Shown here piece after piece: positions 49,733 to 55,324 of a stretch of 55,324 nt of DNA. The notes beneath the pieces were generated by a model that saw only the letters and a program-made list of their open reading frames with translations, was not told where the DNA came from and made no database searches. The stretch is taken from the NCBI GenBank assembly GCA_019421005.1, contig JAHZGA010000003.1:1-55324 (forward strand). Direction: 5' to 3'. Origin of the DNA: a bacterium. Lineage in GTDB: Bacteria > Bacillota_I > Bacilli_A > RF39 > UBA660. The translations under genes and the position numbers were made by a program. Numbering within the stretch: the stretch's first letter is position 1; the number at the start of each line of letters is the position of its first letter.

Positions 49733-50956
49733 ATGAGAAAAGATGTAAGTAATGAAATTATAAGAATAGGAGGTGATAGTATTAATAAAAGTGAATTGGC
49801 AAGAATCATGGGATGTTCAAGACAAACAATTTATAATCGTGAAGAAAGATTGAAAAATCCCAAACCTAGAAAAAATATTGTTAGATCAAGTAAACTTGAT
49901 CCATATAAGGAAATAATAGATACTAAAGTGGATAAATATCATAGTAAAGCCATGAATGTTTATAAGTTCATAAAAAAGCAAGGTTATACTGGAGGATATG
50001 GGATAGTCAGAAACTATGTTAAATCGCATAAAAATGAGCAAATAAAAAAGGCAACAATAAGATTTGAAACCATACCAGGATTACAAGCACAAGTAGATTG
50101 GAAAGAATCTATGAAATTAGTAAATAAACACGGTGAAGTATATGAAGTAAATATATTTCTCATAATACTAGGTTATTCAAGGTATAAATATATTGAATTA
50201 ACTAGTGATAGAAATCAAAATACACTATTCAAATGTATGGTTGGAGCTTTCGGATATTTTAATGGTTGCCCCAAAGAAATATTATTCGATAATATGAAAA
50301 CTGTTGTAGATAAAGCAAGAACAACTATAACTAATGTCGTATTTAATAAAAGGTTTGAAAGTTTTAGTAATGATGCAGGTTTTACACCTATAGCTTGTAT
50401 TGGATATAGACCTAAAACCAAAGGAAAAGTTGAAACTCTAGCAAGAATAATGGAAAGATTAAGACCTTATAACGAAGAGTTTGAGACTTGGGAAGATTTA
50501 GATGCAATAGTAAAAGAAATAAACGAAGATATAAACAACGAGGTTGTTCAAGGTGTAAATATTATTCCAAATGAAATTTATGAAAAAGAAAAAGAGTATC
50601 TTAATCCTCTACCATTATGGGATAGACTAATTAATTACTATGAGCCAGAAAAAACTTATAAAGTATCTAAAGAGTCTATGATAACATATAAAGGAAAAAA
50701 ATACTCAGTTCTAACGTATCTGATAAGTAAACAAGTTACTGTAACAGAAATTGATTCCAGAATCAATATATATTATAACATTACAGACTTTATTTGCCAA
50801 CATGAGATGAGCAACAAATATTTAAATTATCATGAAAGTGATTTAAAAGAAATAATGAAAAGCGAAGCATATAGAAATAAAACAGATGAAGAAATACAAG
50901 AAATAATAGAATTAAAAAAGAAAGATAAATTGTTAGGAGTGAAAATAGATGAATGA
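49733..50956 (+). CDS. istA: IS21-family transposase IstA
   Basis: N-terminal HTH (SELARIMGCSRQTIYNRE) and a DDE integrase-like core (QVDWKE..., FDNMKT...). The ATG at 49733 has SD AGGAGTG. Confidence 0.9.
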   Translation: MRKDVSNEIIRIGGDSINKSELARIMGCSRQTIYNREERLKNPKPRKNIVRSSKLDPYKEIIDTKVDKYHSKAMNVYKFIKKQGYTGGYGIVRNYVKSHKNEQIKKATIRFETIPGLQAQVDWKESMKLVNKHGEVYEVNIFLIILGYSRYKYIELTSDRNQNTLFKCMVGAFGYFNGCPKEILFDNMKTVVDKARTTITNVVFNKRFESFSNDAGFTPIACIGYRPKTKGKVETLARIMERLRPYNEEFETWEDLDAIVKEINEDINNEVVQGVNIIPNEIYEKEKEYLNPLPLWDRLINYYEPEKTYKVSKESMITYKGKKYSVLTYLISKQVTVTEIDSRINIYYNITDFICQHEMSNKYLNYHESDLKEIMKSEAYRNKTDEEIQEIIELKKKDKLLGVKIDE

Positions 50957-51710
50957 ATATAATAACTTATTAAATAATTTGGAAGTATTAAAATTAGAAA
51001 AAATGAGAAGTTTTTTACCAAATTATTTAGAAGAAATAACAAACAAAAAAATACCATTTCAAAAAGCGTTTTTGAAATTAACCAACAAGGAAATAGAATA
51101 TAGGAATGAAAGAGCCTCAAAAATTCAAATAACTGTATCTGCTTTTCCTTATGAAAAAGAATTAAAAGACTTTGATTTTGATTATCAACCATCGATTGAT
51201 AAAGATAAGATAGAAGATTTAAACACTTTACGATTTTTAGAAAAACATGAAAATATATTGTTTGTAGGGTCAAGTGGTGTCGGTAAGACACACTTGGCTA
51301 CAGCAATTGGAGTAACTGCTGCTAAAAAAAGATATTCAGTATATTTTATATCATGTCATGATTTGATTACACAATTAAATAAAGCTCATTATGAAAATAA
51401 ATTAGAAAATAGAATAAAACATTTTTGTAGATATGAATTGTTAATAATAGACGAAATAGGTTATCTTCCTGTAGATAAACAAGGAGCAAATTTATTATTT
51501 CAATTGATAGCAAAAAGATATGAGAAAAGATCTACAATAATAACTACTAATATGACTTTTAGTAAATGGGGGGAAGTGTTTAGTGATAATACATTAGCTA
51601 ATGCAATTCTTGATAGATTGCTCCACCATTCACATGTAATTAATATAACAGGTAATTCATATCGAATAAAAGATAAAATAGAACAACTTGAAAATACACA
51701 AAAAAGATAG
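50949..51710 (+). CDS. istB: IS21-family helper ATPase IstB
   Basis: Walker A GSSGVGKTHLA and Walker B LLIIDEIGY. It overlaps the istA stop by 8 nt, as is typical. Confidence 0.93.
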   Translation: MNEYNNLLNNLEVLKLEKMRSFLPNYLEEITNKKIPFQKAFLKLTNKEIEYRNERASKIQITVSAFPYEKELKDFDFDYQPSIDKDKIEDLNTLRFLEKHENILFVGSSGVGKTHLATAIGVTAAKKRYSVYFISCHDLITQLNKAHYENKLENRIKHFCRYELLIIDEIGYLPVDKQGANLLFQLIAKRYEKRSTIITTNMTFSKWGEVFSDNTLANAILDRLLHHSHVINITGNSYRIKDKIEQLENTQKR

Positions 51711-51789
51711 ATATATACCTGTCTTGAATATAAAGAAGTGTCCAACTTTGAAATTGACATTTTTGTCCAAAAAATCATTGACATTTACA

Positions 51790-51925
51790 CTTTTTTTATT
51801 TTATGCAAGTTTCCTTGCTAAATACATCATATCATATTTTTTTTATTTCTTTCAAGTATTTATTTATATTTAAATTAAAAAGTGTTCTCTATATGTATAT
51901 GTTTTTTGTTTTTATTTTAAAAATA
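51790..51925 (-). repeat. Promoter/leader module, copy A (truncated by the IS21 insertion)
   Basis: ctttttttattttatgcaagtttccttgctaaatacatcatatcatattttt is shared with copies B and C. Homology breaks exactly at the IS end. Confidence 0.7.
51826..51855 (-). promoter_or_regulatory. Module-A promoter (TTGAAA-18-TGaTATGAT)
   Basis: TTGAAA at 51855-50 and TATGAT at 51831-26. Confidence 0.5.
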
Positions 51926-51928
51926 CAA

Positions 51929-51957
51929 TTGACACTCGAAAATATGTTTGGTACAAT
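51929..51957 (+). promoter_or_regulatory. Near-consensus sigma-A promoter (TTGACA-17-TGgTACAAT) driving the small hydrophobic peptide ORF
   Basis: TTGACA at 51929-34, 17-nt spacer, TACAAT at 51952-57, preceded by TGG. Confidence 0.6.
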
Positions 51958-52029
51958 TGTTTTAAGGAACATTTAATAAAGTTGGGTGTTATCTATTTTC
52001 TATAAAATAATAGAAAGTGGGTGATGTTT

Positions 52030-52128
52030 ATGATAGAAAAAAATTTTTCTTATCAAATAATAAGTTTTTTATTAACAGTAATAAAAATGCTTATGGCATT
52101 GCTTATTATTATAGCAATTAAACTGTAA
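52030..52128 (+). CDS. 32-aa hydrophobic peptide (type I toxin-like candidate)
   Basis: MIEKNFSYQIISFLLTVIKMLMALLIIIAIKL has a single TM. SD AGAAAGTGGGTGAT lies upstream, the promoter about 73 nt upstream, and a hairpin 10 nt after the stop. It is below the ORF-track cutoff. Confidence 0.45.
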   Translation: MIEKNFSYQIISFLLTVIKMLMALLIIIAIKL

Positions 52129-52137
52129 TAATAAGTA

Positions 52138-52168
52138 AGCACCTAAATCATCATTTGAATTAGGTGCT
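52138..52168. terminator. Shared hairpin (agcacctaa...ttaggtgct) between the convergent peptide mRNA and the module-B transcript
   Basis: 9-bp GC-containing stem plus a closing pair. U-tracts are weak on both strands. Confidence 0.55.
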
Positions 52169-52258
52169 ATTTAAAAACTTTAAATCATTAGGTAGCACCC
52201 AACATGTAACTATTAGATGTTCCTTTTTTTATTTTATGCAAGTTTTCTTGCTAAATAC

Positions 52259-52287
52259 ATCATATCATATTTTTCTGCTTTTTTCAA
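52259..52287 (-). promoter_or_regulatory. Module-B promoter (TTGAAA-17-TGaTATGAT)
   Basis: TTGAAA at 52287-82 and TATGAT at 52264-59. Confidence 0.55.
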
Positions 52288-52352
52288 GGTGATTATTTTT
52301 TTATTGATAATTACCGTTTTCTATATGTTTATTGTTTCTTACAATAATAGTA

Positions 52353-53090
52353 TTAATTATCTTCTAGAAAATAATTTACTAGTTTTTCATAATTATCTTG
52401 ACTATTTAAACAAGTATCTATTAAATATCCTCTTTCATTATTTATTTGATATTCTTTAATACCTCTTATATAAAAATCTTTGTTTCTATCTTCAATAAAG
52501 AAAGGCATTATATCATTGTATAAACATTCTCTAAATATTATCATTCTTCCGATACGCCCATTTCCATCTTGAAAAGGATGGATACGTTCAAATCTAACAT
52601 GAAATTCAATAATATCTTCTATTGTTTTATTATCTATTTTATCATACCATTTTAATAATTCTTTCATATCAGTTGCAACATTACTTGGTAATGATGTAGT
52701 AATATTGCCAACAAAGTTACTTTTCTTTTTATACTCACCTACATTAAACCATTCTTTTTCATTATCAGTTAAAGTACCTTCTTTTAATATAAAATGAAAT
52801 TTTTTTATCATATCTTCAGATAATTTATCATCAATTGTATCTAACATATACTTAAACAAAGTAAAATGATTTTTTATTTCGGTGGCATCTTTTAAAACAA
52901 TTACTTTATTTTTATTAGCTAAAATTGTTCCAGTATCATAAATACTTGCGGTTTCATCAGGGGTTATTGTAGAACCCTCAATATGATTTGTGTTATAGGC
53001 AAAATCAATTTGAGTTTTATGATAAAGACTACCTGATAAACCAATATTTTTTTGTTCAATTAAAGCATTCTTTATTTTTTTTACTTCCAT
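52353..53090 (-). CDS. Fic-domain protein (putative AMPylase) with an N-terminal auto-inhibitory motif
   Basis: Fic motif HPFQDGNGRIGR. TNHIEG matches the [ST]xxxE[GN] inhibitory helix motif. SD AAAGGAGG. Confidence 0.9.
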   Translation of the reverse strand: MEVKKIKNALIEQKNIGLSGSLYHKTQIDFAYNTNHIEGSTITPDETASIYDTGTILANKNKVIVLKDATEIKNHFTLFKYMLDTIDDKLSEDMIKKFHFILKEGTLTDNEKEWFNVGEYKKKSNFVGNITTSLPSNVATDMKELLKWYDKIDNKTIEDIIEFHVRFERIHPFQDGNGRIGRMIIFRECLYNDIMPFFIEDRNKDFYIRGIKEYQINNERGYLIDTCLNSQDNYEKLVNYFLEDN

Positions 53091-53139
53091 TTTTTTACCT
53101 CCTTTAAAACTTTAACTATAATTTTTCAAATAATAAGTA

Positions 53140-53170
53140 AGCACCTAAATCAGCATTTGAATTAGGTGCT
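53140..53170 (-). terminator. Leader hairpin (candidate attenuator terminator) in the Fic 5' leader
   Basis: AGCACCTAA..TTAGGTGCT stem followed by TACTTATTATTTG. The upstream GGGTGCTACC can alternatively pair with TAGCACC of the 5' arm. Confidence 0.5.
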
Positions 53171-53258
53171 ATTTTAAAATTCAATATTACAGGTAGCACC
53201 CAACATTGCACTATTAGATGTTCCTTTTTTATTTTATGCAAGTTTTCTTGCTAAATAC

Positions 53259-53287
53259 ATCATATCATATTTTTTGGCTTTTTTCAA
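53259..53287 (-). promoter_or_regulatory. Module-C promoter (TTGAAA-17-TGaTATGAT), probable Fic promoter
   Basis: TTGAAA at 53287-82 and TATGAT at 53264-59. No better promoter is visible between the hairpin and the Fic SD. Confidence 0.55.
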
Positions 53288-53332
53288 GGTAATTATTTTT
53301 TTATTGATAATTACCGTTTTCTATATGTTTAT

Positions 53333-54220
53333 TTAATTGCCTTTGATAATAACAGTATTATCAATAACATTGTCTTTAAGTTGACTGCATTTTCCATCAT
53401 CTTTGCTAATTTCAAACTTTAATATCGATGTCATATTTTTACTACTATAAAAATAATAATCTGTATTATAGTCTTCACTATAATAATGATTTAATTTTAC
53501 ACCGTTTTTATTTTGAAATGCTTTAATATTGATATCTTTTTTAGTTAAATTAGTATAATATTTTTTAGCTTGTTCTTTTTGAGTTGTTTTTCTATTTAAT
53601 CTATATTCATCAGTTAATGTTAAAGTAAGATAACAAATATTGTCATTATCATTATATTGAAAAAGTACTTCTGTATAATGATATTTTCCTTTTTTATAAC
53701 TATTGAAACTTGGATTTTTTAGTTCTGGTATATTATTATATTCTAATTTTAATCTTTCAACATTTTTAGAACTTAAATTTAGAAACATTAATCCAATTAA
53801 TAATAGTAATATTTCTATAACATATGTTAATACAACCGTAACAGCACTTGTGCCTCCTTTTACCTTACAAATTTGTTTTAATTCATCCATATCAGAGTTA
53901 GGATTATTTTTAATTATTTCATCTATTTTTTCATTACAAATATTTAAATATTCTTGTTTAAAATTAAATGATAAAACAATATTAACTATTGGTACAGCAT
54001 AAGATAAAAGGAATAAATCAGGGAAAAATATAACTAAAACATAATTTATTATTGATAATAAAGTCAGTATTATACCCATCGAATAACATTTGCGGTATAA
54101 CAAATATAAACTTCCAAAAGCAAATAAATTCCATGAGAATTTTCCACGAGTAAATTCTTTATAATTATTCCCTACATAAGATTTTAATAACTCTTCTCTA
54201 TTGATTATTGTTTGTTCCAT
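53333..54220 (-). CDS. DUF2628-like membrane protein with a C-terminal soluble domain
   Basis: FSWNLFAFGSLYLLYRKCY plus following TM segments is the pattern recalled for DUF2628. The start is uncertain (ATG 54220 or TTG 54235). Either way it overlaps the upstream gene. Confidence 0.65.
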   Translation of the reverse strand: MEQTIINREELLKSYVGNNYKEFTRGKFSWNLFAFGSLYLLYRKCYSMGIILTLLSIINYVLVIFFPDLFLLSYAVPIVNIVLSFNFKQEYLNICNEKIDEIIKNNPNSDMDELKQICKVKGGTSAVTVVLTYVIEILLLLIGLMFLNLSSKNVERLKLEYNNIPELKNPSFNSYKKGKYHYTEVLFQYNDNDNICYLTLTLTDEYRLNRKTTQKEQAKKYYTNLTKKDINIKAFQNKNGVKLNHYYSEDYNTDYYFYSSKNMTSILKFEISKDDGKCSQLKDNVIDNTVIIKGN

Positions 54221-55178
54221 TTTGATTACTTTCAATAGGTTTTATATTAAAAATTTCATCAGCACTTGGAGTGCTAACGGGATTATTCACAACTTGATTA
54301 TTATTTTGAACAGGTGGTTCAAATTGATTATTTTGAAGTGGTTGAGGATTAATTGGTTGATTATTTATTGGTGCAATATTATTTACAGGTTGAACATTAT
54401 TAACTTGTTCATTATTTGAACTAACTACTGTTTTTTTTGATTTACTATTACCTATAGCAGATAATATAACAATTAAGAATATTAAAACTATAATACCTAT
54501 TCCAAAATAAATATTGGTCCAATTATATAATTCAAATTCAAAATCAATGTTGGTACTTTTATCTGTTAATAAACTCCAATTTAAATCTTTACCTTCATTA
54601 CTTACCTTATTTGCATTATTAGATATAGCTTTATAAGGTAGTGAAACATTAAAACTTAAATCTAATTTAGACATCATTTTAGAAAAATCTAAATCTTCTA
54701 AATTACCACTTGTACCATCATTTGAACTTCCATCATATTCTATACTATCATCAGAACTATCCATATTACTTTCTTCAGCTGCAAATTTAAATTTAGCTGT
54801 ATAAGTATTTTTTAATAATCCTTTTTTTACATTAAAAATATATTTTTCATCACTTTTTTCATCTAATATTCCACTTAAATCATATTCAATATTTCCAGAA
54901 GCACTTATTTCATCAATATTCTTTACTTTTTTAGAAATAACATTACCTACCATACCATTTTCATTATAATCAGTTATAGTATAACCTTTATTTTCAATTA
55001 CTTTTCTGTCTTTATCTTCTAATAATTTCTGGTCTTGGACAAGTGATTCATCAATTGCATAAATAAATGATAACTCCATTGATTTATCTTTATTAATAAC
55101 CATATTTCCATTGTATTTAATGCAACCAGTTAACAATAAAACTGTTAATAAAGCAGCTAAATATTTTAATTTTTTCAT
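54198..55178 (-). CDS. Lipoprotein with a C-terminal TM anchor and an N/Q/P-rich tail
   Basis: Lipobox LLLTGC after MKKLKYLAALLTV, with ATG at 55178 and SD AGGAGG. A TM (IYFGIGIIVLIFLIVILSAIG) is followed by a VNN/QP-type low-complexity tail. Confidence 0.75.
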   Translation of the reverse strand: MKKLKYLAALLTVLLLTGCIKYNGNMVINKDKSMELSFIYAIDESLVQDQKLLEDKDRKVIENKGYTITDYNENGMVGNVISKKVKNIDEISASGNIEYDLSGILDEKSDEKYIFNVKKGLLKNTYTAKFKFAAEESNMDSSDDSIEYDGSSNDGTSGNLEDLDFSKMMSKLDLSFNVSLPYKAISNNANKVSNEGKDLNWSLLTDKSTNIDFEFELYNWTNIYFGIGIIVLIFLIVILSAIGNSKSKKTVVSSNNEQVNNVQPVNNIAPINNQPINPQPLQNNQFEPPVQNNNQVVNNPVSTPSADEIFNIKPIESNQNGTNNNQ

Positions 55179-55324
55179 TTTATTTTTCCTCCTATTATAT
55201 TTATAATATATCATAAGTATCTAATAAATAGCAATTATTTTAATTAAAAATAAATATCACTTTACACATTTTGGTTCTATAATAAATAGTGTTGGTGAGG
55301 TATCTCACTGATACTATTTTTAAT

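Larger units (their letters stand above)
49590..51789 (+). mobile_element. IS21-family insertion sequence (istA + istB), about 2.2 kb
   Basis: Right end ...cattgacatttaca (51789) is fixed by comparison with uninterrupted module copies B and C. Left end TGTTAAGTTTAAT... (49590) is proposed from about 12/18 matches to the inverted right end. Subterminal repeats are gtggcaaaaaa/gcggcaaaaa on the left and tgtccaac/tgtccaaaaaa on the right. Confidence 0.65.
52127..52333 (-). repeat. Promoter/leader module, copy B (full length)
   Basis: About 205 bp aligning by eye at roughly nine of ten positions with copy C (53129-53333). Confidence 0.8.
53129..53333 (-). repeat. Promoter/leader module, copy C (full length, upstream of the Fic gene)
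   Basis: See copy B. It spans from the stop of the DUF2628-like gene to about 40 nt before the Fic start. Confidence 0.8.

Noticed and set aside
50215-51291. Minus-strand ORFs 50215-50421 and 50830-51291 inside the IS21 element
   Set aside because: They are antisense to istA/istB, have no SD, and give hydrophobic low-complexity products.
51500-52459. ORFs 51500-51784 (-), 51688-51873 (+) and 52217-52459 (+)
   Set aside because: They run across the IS end, the promoter/leader modules or the antisense of the Fic gene. The repeated FLFYASFLAKYIISYF peptide simply reflects translation of the repeated non-coding module.

Overview
This is an AT-rich chromosomal segment of a low-GC Bacillota-type organism. 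GC was judged by eye, not computed. Long ORFs stay intact and several end in TGA, so the standard code 11 applies. The window is almost fully coding, mostly on the minus strand.

Core genes form Bacillus-like synteny blocks: rny-recA-pgsA-rodZ-like, RNase P RNA-gpsB, recU-ponA, and nth-dnaD. Further core genes are cca, hup, pyrG, ligA, an OmpR/histidine-kinase pair, spoIVA, der, engB, folD, a U32 peptidase, galU and pcrA. spoIVA plus a SpoVIF-like gene imply an endospore former.

Accessory content falls in three places:
1. A 5'-truncated IS256-family element lies at the left edge.
2. An 11-gene, roughly 13.7 kb Gram-positive type IV secretion (conjugation-like) cluster spans 14.9-28.6 kb, wedged between rhodanese/pyrG and ligA. 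It encodes a VirD4-type coupling protein, a VirB4 ATPase split into two ORFs, and VirB3-like and VirB6-like membrane proteins. It also encodes a 1165-aa four-domain wall hydrolase, two paralogous anchored proteins and three VirB2-like pilin modules. No relaxase, integrase or att site is visible in the cluster, and no relaxase is visible anywhere in the window. This is the most interesting system here.
3. A 49.1-53.4 kb patch holds an intact IS21-family element (istA/istB) and four copies of a repeated minus-strand promoter/leader module. It also holds a 32-aa hydrophobic peptide ORF in a convergent, type I toxin-antitoxin-like layout, and a Fic gene behind a terminator/antiterminator-like leader.

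No rRNA, tRNA or CRISPR array was seen. All calls come from reading the sequence and ORF track. No database search or computation was run.
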